A stretch of DNA of 64,000 nucleotides from a virus. The translations under genes were made by a program, and so were the position numbers. Position 1 is the stretch's first letter; each line of letters starts with the position of its first letter. The notes beneath the pieces are model-generated. The model saw only the letters and a program-made list of their open reading frames with translations. It ran no database searches and had not been told where the DNA came from. Where the stretch lies: positions 51,047-115,046 of IMG/VR virus record IMGVR_UViG_3300010399_000001. One strand, written 5' to 3'. Positions 35,911 through 45,902 of this stretch are shown here, piece by piece.

Positions 35911-37752
35911 TTAGGACCAGGTGCCGGTAGAGCCGGAGCGGTCCGACTTCTGGATGCCCTGCATGATGCCGCAGTACTGCGGGGCGTTGGCCACCAGGGC
36001 TCCATACATGAACATGGAGAACCGGAAGGTGGCGTCGATCACGGGCCAGCTGATGCTCAGGTAGTCCTGAACGGCCACGAACTCCCACACGTTGGACACG
36101 TTGGACCAAGCGAACGGGAGGGTGTAGCTCATCGCCATGACGGTGCCCTGCGGCAGCCACGGGTGGACCAGGAGCTTGAGGATGCTGCGGGTGATCGGGT
36201 TCTGGAACTCGGAAACCGCAGCACCGGCGCGCACGCCAGGAACCTCGGACTGCTCCACGAACAGGCGGTAGTTCGTGGTGGTGCCCGAGTTCACGATGTC
36301 GTTGCTCAGGCGCATCAGGTCGCCACCCTCACCGATCAGCTCGGCGGGGTCGGCGCGGTAAGCGCCGGGCGCGTCCCACAGGCCCTGAAGCATCGTGTTG
36401 ATGTTCGAGATGTGCAGGGTGTCGCCGACGTTCTGGTTGACGTAACCGCCCTGCCAGTTGGCCGGGTAGACCTGGCCGGAGCCCTGAGAGTGACCAGCGA
36501 GCACCGGGATGATGCCCTCCTGGCCATTGGTCGAACCAGTACCGGTGTCGGCGGCCGGAACGACGGTGCCAGAGGTCGGCAGAGCGCCCTGGAGGGTGAA
36601 GTTCAGACCACCCACCTGCGACTGCATCAGGTAGTAGGTACCGGCGGAAGCGCCCGTGGTGACGTACAGGTTGTACCACTGCGCGCCAGGGACCGGAGAG
36701 ATGGTCACGTCCACGACATTGCCGTTGGAGGTGGCGACCGAAGCACCGGATGCGGCGGCGGTCTCACCGAACCAGTTGGCAGCGGTGACCTTCACGAACA
36801 CGTTGGTGGTGACGCCGGACAGACCGGTCTCACCCGAGTTCGCGGAGCGCGCCGTCAGAGTCGCAGTGGCAGGGGTGCCGAGGTTCGTCGAAGTGGAGGC
36901 AAGGTGCATGGCCTCTTCCGACAGCATGAACTCCTGAAGCAGGATCAGGTTCGCCAGGGCCGAGATGTCCTCGAAGCCCTGACCACCGAACTGCGCGAGC
37001 CACGAGAGCGACTCGCTCAGGCCCCAGAACTTGTACGGGACGTTGAGGTCCACGGCGTCCTGAGCACCGCTGCCCGGCAGGTTGAGCGGCCAGTTCTGCA
37101 TCGAGCCGGTGCCGGAGACCAGCTCCGGAATACCCAGGTTGACGAACTTGCCGCCCGAGGTGCCGGTCTGCGAGCCGGAGATGCCGGTCACGACCTTGGT
37201 GCGGCGGGAAGTGCCCTGGCCCGGAACTCGCGCCAGCTTGTTGCGAATCGGGCTGTAAACCGGGTAGATCAGGCGGCTCGGAGCCACCAGGTCGAACGGC
37301 ACCAGGCCCGACGCCAGCGGCGAGGGCAGGGTGAAGTTCTTCGACACGTCCTTGCCAAGCAGATCACCGATCTGCGAGGTGATCGAGCCGAGGAACTGCG
37401 TCATGGCGTAGTTCTGCGGCGTCGAACCCAGGAAGGAGCCGAACTGGTTGGCGAACTCCGGAGAGAGGCCCTTGATGACCTCTGCGGGCCGGTTCAGGCC
37501 GTCCTTGACGGCCTTGGTCAGCAGCTTCTCGGCGCGCATCGAGCGGGTGAAGACCTGCTCGTCGTCCATAAGCGGCTGGTTGCCACCGGCCTTGGCGTAG
37601 CCCACGCCCTTGACCAGGGGCTGCATCTTGCCCGCGAGCATCTTGTTGATGCCCTCGGGGTTCTGCGCGGCGGACTCTACGTCAGACCACGCACCTGCGA
37701 AGTACTGCTCATCCGCGACATCGCGGACGTTATCAAGCACGGTGTTACCCAC
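35911..37752 (-). CDS. Major capsid protein with an inserted Ig/FN3-like domain
   Basis: Follows the protease/scaffold; FDL.AP...IYP..SP.RN.L.R..GQG; highly biased codons; central VKVTA.N..GET.AS...V.VT...V.GA..YN.YV insert. Confidence 0.8.
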   Translation of the reverse strand: MGNTVLDNVRDVADEQYFAGAWSDVESAAQNPEGINKMLAGKMQPLVKGVGYAKAGGNQPLMDDEQVFTRSMRAEKLLTKAVKDGLNRPAEVIKGLSPEFANQFGSFLGSTPQNYAMTQFLGSITSQIGDLLGKDVSKNFTLPSPLASGLVPFDLVAPSRLIYPVYSPIRNKLARVPGQGTSRRTKVVTGISGSQTGTSGGKFVNLGIPELVSGTGSMQNWPLNLPGSGAQDAVDLNVPYKFWGLSESLSWLAQFGGQGFEDISALANLILLQEFMLSEEAMHLASTSTNLGTPATATLTARSANSGETGLSGVTTNVFVKVTAANWFGETAAASGASVATSNGNVVDVTISPVPGAQWYNLYVTTGASAGTYYLMQSQVGGLNFTLQGALPTSGTVVPAADTGTGSTNGQEGIIPVLAGHSQGSGQVYPANWQGGYVNQNVGDTLHISNINTMLQGLWDAPGAYRADPAELIGEGGDLMRLSNDIVNSGTTTNYRLFVEQSEVPGVRAGAAVSEFQNPITRSILKLLVHPWLPQGTVMAMSYTLPFAWSNVSNVWEFVAVQDYLSISWPVIDATFRFSMFMYGALVANAPQYCGIMQGIQKSDRSGSTGTWS

Positions 37753-37777
37753 ACTTAGCCCTTTCGGGTAGGGGTTG

Positions 37778-40387
37778 TCAGGAAGCCAGCACCTTTTCCA
37801 GGACGGCTGCGGCCTTCTCGCGGTCTTCGCCGCGAGGAGCGTGATCGCGCGCCTTTACCAGGTAGGCGATCAGATCGCGCCGCTCCTGGGCTTCGATGTC
37901 GATGGGTGCCTTAGCGGACTTCTCCACGGGAGAAATCGGTTCGGCGGGCTTCCGGACTGCACCCCTCGGCGGGGCCTGAGTCTCATCGGCCTGTGAACCC
38001 AGCTTGTCGATCTCCGCCTGCATCTTGGAGATCGTCTGCTCATACTCGCTGCGCAGGCTGCTGACTTCCTGCGCCACGAGAGACTTGATCAGTTGCGGAT
38101 CGACCGTCTTCTCTCCGGGGGCACGGCCCTGGGCCGGAGCATTGACGGGCGTCGGCGTTGCGCCGCTGTTCATGCCTGCGGGCGGAATCGGACCGGAGGC
38201 AGGGGCCAGCGCGCACATGTCAGGATACGTCTTCGCGATCTGGTCGTGAAGATTCTGGAGGGCGTTACGCGTCGCTTCGCGAGATGCGGACGGGTAGAAC
38301 CCGCGTGCACCGCTGTGCGCCCCGAAGGTCGGATTGTTGCCGCTCTTGTTGCCGGGGCTCGGGCGCTCCTGGCCAGCGGTGAGCGGACCACGGGAGAAGT
38401 CGTCCGGGTCCGGGGTGTGAGTGCTGGACGGGATGCGCGGAGAACCGCCGGGCTTCATCAGAGCGTGACCGGTACCAATGAACGGGCGGCGGAACTGGCC
38501 CGGCTGCGGGGGGGCGGCCGGAGTGAGGTGGATGTTCGGGTAAGAGTCCATGAACATCTTGCTCAGTTCGGCGCGCGCATCCGATAGCAGGTCGCGATCA
38601 ACGCTCTTGATTGCCTCGGCGGTGTCGGCCAGAGAGCGAAGACGTGCGGTCTTCTTGGCCTTACCTGCACGATCGGCCTCGGCTGCGGCGTCGCGCCAGA
38701 AGTTCGGGTCGATAGCATCGGCGATCGTATCCAGCGACGGGTAGACGCTCTTGACCGAGTTCTCGTGGTACGCGGCGCACAGGGCGTCGTGCATCCGGCG
38801 AGTGCCATAGCTCGGCCCGCTCTTGACTGAGGCGGGTACCTTGTCCGGCGTCGGGTCCGGATCGGTGGCCATGCCTGCGTCACTCTCGAACGGCTCCACG
38901 GTGCTGGTCCCATCCGGCTCGCGGTGAGTACCGGCAGGGGCGATAGCCGGGTCGGTGTTGCCACCCTGCTCGCCGAGACTGACCGGCTTGGTGTTGCCCG
39001 GACCGGCATCCATGGCGGAACCCGGCATCAGGGAGTCGCCCTTGGCCAGGGCGCGTGCATCCTCGATGGACACAGCGCCTGCGAGGATGTCAGCCAGGAG
39101 CTTCTCGGCCTTGTTGCTCTTGGTGGCCTTCAGCTTGGTACCGCAGCTCTCGCAGCGCTTGGCCGGGGAGTCCGCATCGTAGTCGTGACCGCACTTCGGG
39201 CAGTCCTTGGCACCCTTGGTGGCGGCAGGCTTCTCGTCCACATCCTTGCCGTCGCCATCAGAGTCCTTGCCGTCAGCATCCTCCTTGCCGAATGGCTTGG
39301 CGGCACCGTTGAACGGCTTCTTCTTGCCCTTACCCTTGGCCTTCTCGATCTCTGCCTCGTCCATCTTCCAGGTATCGGGCAGCTTGGCCTCGAACGCCGC
39401 GCCCTTGCGCTTGGCGATGCGGATCAGGTTGGCCTTGATCTGCTCAGCCGAGTAGTTGTCGCTGCCAGCGCGGCCCAGAGAGCGGGCGGCGTCGGCGATA
39501 TCCTGCGGAACGACGATCGGGAAGGAGCGATCCTTGCCAGCGAAGTCCTCGGCCGGGATCTTGTCGCGGTCTACGCCGCCTCCGACATTCGGGTCCATCT
39601 TTCGCTTGGCGACCCAGATGGTGAAACCCTCGTCATCGCCACGCTCGAAGCCGTAGTCCTCACCGAGCTGCGACCACTTCTGCCATGCGGCGCGGGCGAT
39701 CAGGTAATCGGTGCCGGAATGCGACTTCTCGCTCGTCGGCTCAGAGTCGAGCCAGACCTTGCGATCTTCCCAGTACATCTCTCGCGCCGACTTGAGAGCC
39801 ACACCTGAAGCGGGGACCTCATCCTGCGGCTCGGCCTCAGCCTTGGCGAGCATGTCATCGAGATCGCCATAGGTCCACTCGTCATCGCCGAGCTGCTTGT
39901 CGGCGCTCTTGACCAGAGTGATACCGCAGTTGCGGTTAGCCGGACGGTCCACCAGGGAGATCTCGCAGATCTCGGTGTTGTCGCCGAACTTGATGACGCC
40001 ACCACGGGCCTTGCCGGAGATGTCGCGCTCGATGATCGGGTGGGCGATGCCAACCGAGTAGGCGCGCAGGACCCCGGCCTTCACGAGCTTCTTGGCGGTG
40101 TCTTCGACCACCAGAGACTTCACGAAGTGGCCATCTGCGGTGGTCTCAACCTCAAGACCTCGGCCAGCGGGGTAGAGCTTCGGGTTGTGCTGAACGCGGA
40201 CGTTGCCGCCGGTGTCCAGCCACTTGCGCAGTGCGTCCGCGCTGCCCTGCGGATCGACGATCTGGAGGTCTGAGTCGATAGAACCATCCGTCGCCTTGCC
40301 GTAGACGATCAGATTCCCATCTGCATCCTCTTCGGACTTGATGATGGGAAAGGACGCGTAGATAAGGTTGTCGCTGGTCGTAGCCAC
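37778..40387 (-). CDS. Prohead protease fused to a scaffold-like region
   Basis: N-terminal HK97-type protease (VYG.AT....D.D.QIV, NVRVQH, AYSVG, EISLVDRPAN); C-terminal coiled coil. Confidence 0.85.
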   Translation of the reverse strand: MATTSDNLIYASFPIIKSEEDADGNLIVYGKATDGSIDSDLQIVDPQGSADALRKWLDTGGNVRVQHNPKLYPAGRGLEVETTADGHFVKSLVVEDTAKKLVKAGVLRAYSVGIAHPIIERDISGKARGGVIKFGDNTEICEISLVDRPANRNCGITLVKSADKQLGDDEWTYGDLDDMLAKAEAEPQDEVPASGVALKSAREMYWEDRKVWLDSEPTSEKSHSGTDYLIARAAWQKWSQLGEDYGFERGDDEGFTIWVAKRKMDPNVGGGVDRDKIPAEDFAGKDRSFPIVVPQDIADAARSLGRAGSDNYSAEQIKANLIRIAKRKGAAFEAKLPDTWKMDEAEIEKAKGKGKKKPFNGAAKPFGKEDADGKDSDGDGKDVDEKPAATKGAKDCPKCGHDYDADSPAKRCESCGTKLKATKSNKAEKLLADILAGAVSIEDARALAKGDSLMPGSAMDAGPGNTKPVSLGEQGGNTDPAIAPAGTHREPDGTSTVEPFESDAGMATDPDPTPDKVPASVKSGPSYGTRRMHDALCAAYHENSVKSVYPSLDTIADAIDPNFWRDAAAEADRAGKAKKTARLRSLADTAEAIKSVDRDLLSDARAELSKMFMDSYPNIHLTPAAPPQPGQFRRPFIGTGHALMKPGGSPRIPSSTHTPDPDDFSRGPLTAGQERPSPGNKSGNNPTFGAHSGARGFYPSASREATRNALQNLHDQIAKTYPDMCALAPASGPIPPAGMNSGATPTPVNAPAQGRAPGEKTVDPQLIKSLVAQEVSSLRSEYEQTISKMQAEIDKLGSQADETQAPPRGAVRKPAEPISPVEKSAKAPIDIEAQERRDLIAYLVKARDHAPRGEDREKAAAVLEKVLAS

Positions 40388-40431
40388 ACCACTCCCGGGG
40401 TGTCGTCTGCCGGTGGGAAACGCGCCGCATA

Positions 40432-41190
40432 CTAGGCCTGGTTGACAAGCGCGGCGCGCACTAGCTCCCAGTCGTCGAAAATCCACACTCCGGGCGGAGG
40501 GTGGGAGGGGGTTTTCGGCAGGTGCGGTGTCCACACGCTGATACCTGGGCCTGCTGCAAGCCACTGCTGCGGCTTGTCGTCTATCAACACTGCCGGATTG
40601 TCCGGTCCATACCTACCGCGCACCCAATCGATCTTGCGGCCCCTGCCGACCAGGGCCAGGCCATCACGCGGTACGTTCCAGCGATCCAGCCAGTCATTGG
40701 TTACTGGGGTCAGAGACGGATCACGCGCGCTGGTGATGTGCACGTGGTAGCCGATGCGCTTGGCGAAGCCGATCACATCTATGGCGTGGTAGTTCGGTGC
40801 GATGTTCTCGTAGATGTCGCTCTTACTCATCTGCACGGAGAGCCACTGTCGCTGGGTGCGGTCAAGGATCATGTCCCATTGCGCACCAGCGACATCGCTC
40901 GCCTTGTATCCGGTATCGAATGCTGCATTGATCGCAGTCATGGCCGACTCGCTTGAGAAGGCGATGGTGTCATCGATATCGACTATGAGGACTGGCAGCG
41001 CGAGAGCGGCAGCGAACTGCCTGCCGGGATCGGAGACCTGGACATCGTGGTAGGTATCCACCATATTGGCCAGAGCCTGATCTGGCAGGATGCCAGATGC
41101 AGTCGCGGCGTCCACTAGCTCGCTCAAAACGATATGCCGACCATCTCCATGAGAGTTGGTCGGCATATGGCAGCCGCAGTCGAGGCACAT
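40432..41190 (-). CDS. HAD 5'(3')-nucleotidase-like protein with an N-terminal MCLDCGC motif
   Basis: IVDIDDTIA, ITSAR, T..WL, K, LIDDKP. Confidence 0.75.
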   Translation of the reverse strand: MCLDCGCHMPTNSHGDGRHIVLSELVDAATASGILPDQALANMVDTYHDVQVSDPGRQFAAALALPVLIVDIDDTIAFSSESAMTAINAAFDTGYKASDVAGAQWDMILDRTQRQWLSVQMSKSDIYENIAPNYHAIDVIGFAKRIGYHVHITSARDPSLTPVTNDWLDRWNVPRDGLALVGRGRKIDWVRGRYGPDNPAVLIDDKPQQWLAAGPGISVWTPHLPKTPSHPPPGVWIFDDWELVRAALVNQA

Positions 41191-41199
41191 CTATGCCCC

Positions 41200-44100
41200 C
41201 TAATGATTGAGCTTGGCCTCGTTCATGATCTTGCCCCACGGTCCGGTCTCCGTGGAGACCTTCCCGATCCAGGCCTTGATGCTCTTGGCGCCCGCGTCAT
41301 GGAAAGCGGCGAGGCGGTGATAGCCGTCAGCCACCTTGTACGGGGGGCTCGATGGCGTCTGCACCAGCACTACCGGGCTGTCGGGTGGGGTGCCGTCCTT
41401 GATGGAGTGGACCATCATCGACACCTTCTCCTCGTCGCGCGCCCCGCCGGGGCGGCGCTCGAATTGGATCTCCGAGAGATCTACCGACACCGGTCCGCGC
41501 CAGACTGCACCCTTGACCCACTCGATCACGTCGAGTGGGTAGTGGCGGGCCAGGTAGGCGTAGACATGCTCGGTCTCATCCGGCAGGTGATGATCGCCAT
41601 GATCTTCATGGGTGACCTCGGTAGCGGACCCCTCTTCACTGAGGGCCGGTGGAAGCTCCGGAGCCGGATCGGCCTTCTTACCCTTCTTCTTACCCTTCTT
41701 CTTTTTCTTGCCGAGCACTGCGCGCCTAGCCTCAGCCATACCGCCGTGCTCGGGTGCGACGTGGCCACCCATTGATGCGACATCGCCGTGCAGGCGTTCG
41801 GCCACACCGGATACTCCGGTGGGCATCTCATCTTCGGCTGGAACCGCGTCATTAGGTGTAGAGGCCAGGAATGCCTCACGGGCTGCGCGGATGTCCTGTG
41901 CGATCTGGCTTGCGCGGTTCAGATCATCGCCGAATAGATCGTCGAGGCCACCGCCCGACATCGGGTTGATGCCGATCGAGCTTTGATCGCCCTGCACTGC
42001 TTCCAGGTAGCACTTGCAGTTCGGGCCGCCCATGCATAGACCCATGCCGGATGCGGACATACCGCCGAATCCACCATCCCCAGGCCAGCCGGGAAGCGTT
42101 GCAGCACTGTAGACCTGCCCGTCACGCGGTGCGCACAGATCACACGGCCTGGCTGAAGTGGTGTGCCAGATGATGTATGCGTCCGGATCGGCCGCGAACA
42201 CGCTCATGCCGAAGCCCTGCTCGAACGCCGAGCGGACCTGAGCGCCGTACAGGCCGAAACGAGAGAGGAACGCATCGATCAGCAGGCCAGCCGTAAGCAG
42301 GTCCTGAAGCAGACCCTGGAGGAAGTCTGACTGCTCACCGCCGAGCTGATCGGCTAGCGAGGCCAGATACTCCCCATAAGGACCGTCAAGGATCGACTCG
42401 ATGTCGTAGTCCTCACCGTCATCCTTGGTGACCGGATGGGCGGGGGACAGGGCCAGGCGTGCACCAGCGAACAGCCCAGAGCGGATGCCGCTGCGCATGA
42501 GCGCTGTGCCCTTGTCGATGAACTCCATGTGACCGATGGTGCCCTGCCGCACGCTCTGCGCCAGCGAGCCCAGAGTGCGAGCCAGGGAGGCGGCCTCTTC
42601 GTTCACGACGGCATCGCGAGCGGCCAGGCGGTCTGCGGACTTGATCATGGCCCGAGCCCGGTTGATAGCGGCTATCGGCTCGACGTGCTCGGCCTTGAGA
42701 ACCTGCACCACATCATCGGGCACGAACTCGAATACCCAGTCATCAGTATCGCGACCCCTGATCATGCGGCGGCGATATAGATCGATCTCCCGAAGGGCTG
42801 CGACCTTGCTGGTCGTCTTCTTCGGTGTGACTACCGCCCGTCCGGTGGACTGGGCGGGCTTGGTGCTCGCGCCCGAGGTGGCATGGGCGGGCGTGCCGGT
42901 GACTGGGCGGGTGGTGGATGGGGTCTTAGCGGGGGTTGCAGCAGGCTTGGCTGTGGGCTTTGCCGGGGTAGTAGCAGGCTTAGCCGGAGAGCCTGGCTTT
43001 GTCGGAGCAGGTGCGGGCCCTTGGGTGGCCACACCTGCCTGAGTCGGCAGGGCAAGCTGCTCGCCCATCGGGCGGCCAGTAGAGGGATCGATCGCGCCGA
43101 CAGGGACGATGCCGGTAGCGGTAGCCCATACCGGATCGGAAGTCAGAGGCAGACCCCACGGCTGCTCGCCAAGCTCGACCCTGGCCTCATCGATGCTCAT
43201 CAGGCCATGCTCGACCTGGTTGATGAGGTTGTCGATCAGGGACTCGCGATCCTCGCCCTCCTCAAGCCCTTCCCAGGTGAACTGCATGTCCTCCTGGCCG
43301 CAGACCTTCTGGAGAACGAAGTCGAAGACGTTCTCCTTGAGCCAGAGCAGCAGCGGCTTGAGGGACTTGCGCTCATGGATGGACTGAGAGGCCTTGGCCA
43401 TCTGGTTGCTTGCGCCGGGCGACATCGTGGTGGAGACCTTGGGTGCGATACCCAGCTCCATCGGCATGATGTCGAAGGCCATGCAGACCTGAGTCATGAC
43501 GACTTCATCGAACTGATCGGCCAGTGGAACCGGCCGCATCGGCTCGATACGACTACCGCCGGGAAGCACGATGATCTTGTGCTTCCATGCCGGGTCGCCA
43601 GCCATGGCGTTCAGAGCATCCTGGAGGGTGCGCAGCTGGTTGGGTGTAGCAGTAGAGTCACCGGAGGAGATGAAGATGCCGGGGATGGACCCTTCAGAGA
43701 AGTAGTCCAGCTGGTACTTCTGCTTCTGGAGGCCCGAGAGGATCGGGACCAGAGCCTTCTCGATGCAGGCGAATCCGTACGGAGTCCAGTTGCGCTGCTC
43801 GTAGGGCAGATACAGGAGCTGATCGCCCCGGTATTCGGCCTCTAGTGCATTCGGGTCGATGTCCTTGATGTCAGCCCCGGCGATCGCGGTGGTCATATCC
43901 ACGCGCGGGATGCCGAAGTTGAAGATCTGATAGGCCACATTCGGTGGCTGCGGGGTACCGCCCATCACATCTAGCAGCGGACGCACCGTAGAGCCGTCGA
44001 TCAGACGCAGCGATTGCAGATTGCTGCCCAGCAGCCCCTTGCCCGGTAGACGAGTGGGCTGGAGGTAGACCGAGAGGGCGTCGATGACCAGGATGTCTTC

Positions 44101-44709
44101 AAGTACCGCAGAGAGCCACGTGGTGAACGAGCGATACTTGCCGGGGTCCGGGTTCTCGAAGAAGGCGATCGCCTCTGCGCGCCGCTTCTCGAAGTCCTTG
44201 CGGGCGGAAGAGACGCCGCCGCCCATCTTCTTCTCGGCCTCACGGGTCGGCGCGATGTTCCACGCTAGACCTAGGACCTCCTGCTTGCGTACGTTGATGC
44301 AGGCGCGGGCCACCGAGTAGGTATCGGCCATGGCGCGCAGGGTGGCAAACGGTACGAGCTTGAGGCCCTCGTCACCTGGGGTGCCGACCGGCATGTTCCA
44401 GGCGACAGGGTAGGTGAAGCGGCGCGGCTCCGGACGGCCGGAGATCGGATCTGGCGTATCGATACCGACCGGCTCGATCGGCGCGAGAGGGCCGAACGAG
44501 CCAGACAGGAATGTCTGCCATTCACGCGGTAGCGGGTTGCCGTACGGGCGACCCTGAGTCCACTGCTGATAGCTACTGACCACGGGCGAGGTGCCGCCCA
44601 GGTTCTGAGAGCCGAACGTCGACTGCACGCCACCGAAGCCGCCGGGCGACATCGCTCCGGGGTTGAGAGGGGGTAGGGCGCGGGCGACATTGCGGGCGTT
44701 GGAGGCCAT
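41200..44709 (-). CDS. Portal protein fused to MuF-like and C-terminal ParB-like domains
   Basis: Portal (F.TLR..A...VARACI..R, DG.TVRPL, YG...IE, YFSEG.IP, SIDEAR..LG.P); MuF (W.T....C..C..DG..Y...P...GPNC.C); ParB (PVVLV...VADGYHRLAA). Confidence 0.88.
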   Translation of the reverse strand: MASNARNVARALPPLNPGAMSPGGFGGVQSTFGSQNLGGTSPVVSSYQQWTQGRPYGNPLPREWQTFLSGSFGPLAPIEPVGIDTPDPISGRPEPRRFTYPVAWNMPVGTPGDEGLKLVPFATLRAMADTYSVARACINVRKQEVLGLAWNIAPTREAEKKMGGGVSSARKDFEKRRAEAIAFFENPDPGKYRSFTTWLSAVLEDILVIDALSVYLQPTRLPGKGLLGSNLQSLRLIDGSTVRPLLDVMGGTPQPPNVAYQIFNFGIPRVDMTTAIAGADIKDIDPNALEAEYRGDQLLYLPYEQRNWTPYGFACIEKALVPILSGLQKQKYQLDYFSEGSIPGIFISSGDSTATPNQLRTLQDALNAMAGDPAWKHKIIVLPGGSRIEPMRPVPLADQFDEVVMTQVCMAFDIMPMELGIAPKVSTTMSPGASNQMAKASQSIHERKSLKPLLLWLKENVFDFVLQKVCGQEDMQFTWEGLEEGEDRESLIDNLINQVEHGLMSIDEARVELGEQPWGLPLTSDPVWATATGIVPVGAIDPSTGRPMGEQLALPTQAGVATQGPAPAPTKPGSPAKPATTPAKPTAKPAATPAKTPSTTRPVTGTPAHATSGASTKPAQSTGRAVVTPKKTTSKVAALREIDLYRRRMIRGRDTDDWVFEFVPDDVVQVLKAEHVEPIAAINRARAMIKSADRLAARDAVVNEEAASLARTLGSLAQSVRQGTIGHMEFIDKGTALMRSGIRSGLFAGARLALSPAHPVTKDDGEDYDIESILDGPYGEYLASLADQLGGEQSDFLQGLLQDLLTAGLLIDAFLSRFGLYGAQVRSAFEQGFGMSVFAADPDAYIIWHTTSARPCDLCAPRDGQVYSAATLPGWPGDGGFGGMSASGMGLCMGGPNCKCYLEAVQGDQSSIGINPMSGGGLDDLFGDDLNRASQIAQDIRAAREAFLASTPNDAVPAEDEMPTGVSGVAERLHGDVASMGGHVAPEHGGMAEARRAVLGKKKKKGKKKGKKADPAPELPPALSEEGSATEVTHEDHGDHHLPDETEHVYAYLARHYPLDVIEWVKGAVWRGPVSVDLSEIQFERRPGGARDEEKVSMMVHSIKDGTPPDSPVVLVQTPSSPPYKVADGYHRLAAFHDAGAKSIKAWIGKVSTETGPWGKIMNEAKLNH

Positions 44710-44726
44710 GGCCTACCCCCTTGCGT

Positions 44727-44984
44727 CTATCTGGTCATGATCCGTGACGCATCAAAGTAAGCGTCATAGGTATCCGGCAGGGTCGGGCACAGCGCCTCGT
44801 GCGCATCCCGAGAGCGGATGCCGGTCTTCCAGCCATCACCGCGATTGACCGTGCGCGTCCAGCCGCAGCGCGCTGCCGAGGAGCGGCAAAGCAGCACATA
44901 GGGCAGATGGCGCGGGATGCAGTCCTCATCCTGGATCTGGATGGGCGCTATGGTCTTGGGTCCATGTCCGTTCACTCTTGCCAT
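44727..44984 (-). CDS. Hypothetical protein (C..C..H..C)
   Basis: ORF in the operon. Confidence 0.5.
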   Translation of the reverse strand: MARVNGHGPKTIAPIQIQDEDCIPRHLPYVLLCRSSAARCGWTRTVNRGDGWKTGIRSRDAHEALCPTLPDTYDAYFDASRIMTR

Positions 44985-44985
44985 G

Positions 44986-45321
44986 TCAGCACACCGGGTA
45001 CGGGAAGCGGCGCGGCTGCTGATGGGCGAAAGGTGGATCGACCGGTTCGCCAATATCCCACACGTGATTGCGCACCTGGCTCGATGCCATGTACGTGTCA
45101 TAGTCAGCGCCGAACGTGCATGCGCTGGCGATACCGACTAGATCGTGGCGCTCCTTGAGCTGATCTGCCACTTCCCAATCAACGCCGAAGGCGTGCGCCA
45201 TCAGGGGGCGGGTAGTCTTGCCAAGCCTGCGACCGTAGATGAGGCCGGGTGGCTCGACTCCCGGATCGGTGGTATGGCCCCAGAACATCAGCTCGCTGGC
45301 CTGATCCATCGGTGCGGTCAT
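44986..45321 (-). CDS. Hypothetical protein
   Basis: ATGA coupling. Confidence 0.5.
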   Translation of the reverse strand: MTAPMDQASELMFWGHTTDPGVEPPGLIYGRRLGKTTRPLMAHAFGVDWEVADQLKERHDLVGIASACTFGADYDTYMASSQVRNHVWDIGEPVDPPFAHQQPRRFPYPVC

Positions 45322-45770
45322 TCGCTCATCTCCGGGGAGTCGGGGAAGATCACATTCTCGGTCGGCCACTTGCCATCGGGCCAGAATTCGACCTCGGCAA
45401 GGGCGCTGTTGTCGTGGTACCGCATGCGTCGCACCCTCGGGCATGCCCTGTTGTGGACGCCGCGACAGTGTGCGCAGACCTCATTGGCCTCGAAGTAGGC
45501 CCTGGCCCTGTCCCGCTGCTCGGGCGTCATACTCGGCTGCGCAGGCTCCATGGCCAGGAGAGCCTGATGATATCGGTACGCGGCCTCTCCGATGGGCAGC
45601 GCGCCCTCTTCATAGGCCTTGACCCTATCGGCGCTCACACCTAGAAGCTCCGCTAGAACCGAGCGGCTGATGCCAGCCTGATCTCGGATCTCGCGCCGAG
45701 TCCTTGCGGGTATGTCTCGAAGCGCATGGACCGCCATGGCGATCTCATGTAGTTGATCAAGCTCGCTCAT
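45318..45770 (-). CDS. XRE-type HTH protein with a C-terminal C..C...H...CP zinc motif
   Basis: RREIRDQAGISRSVLAELLGVSADRVKAYEEG. Confidence 0.7.
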   Translation of the reverse strand: MSELDQLHEIAMAVHALRDIPARTRREIRDQAGISRSVLAELLGVSADRVKAYEEGALPIGEAAYRYHQALLAMEPAQPSMTPEQRDRARAYFEANEVCAHCRGVHNRACPRVRRMRYHDNSALAEVEFWPDGKWPTENVIFPDSPEMSE

Positions 45771-45828
45771 GTAACCCCTCTACATGGCTCGCGCCAGACG
45801 CTACCCGAAGGCCGCGTCTGGCGCGAAG

Positions 45829-45896
45829 TGCGCCCATGAGGATTTGAACCTCAAACCTCCGGTAAACCGGTGCTCTGGCAGTTGAGCTACAGGCGC
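45829..45896 (-). ncRNA. tRNA-like RNA lacking an anticodon loop (4-nt loop)
   Basis: GCGCCUG/UGGGCGC acceptor, D arm GCUC-AACUGCCA-GAGC, CCGG-UUUA-CCGG, T arm UGAGG-UUCAAAU-CCUCA; hairpin 45789-45826 follows. Confidence 0.8.
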
Positions 45897-45902
45897 TTGG
45901 TG

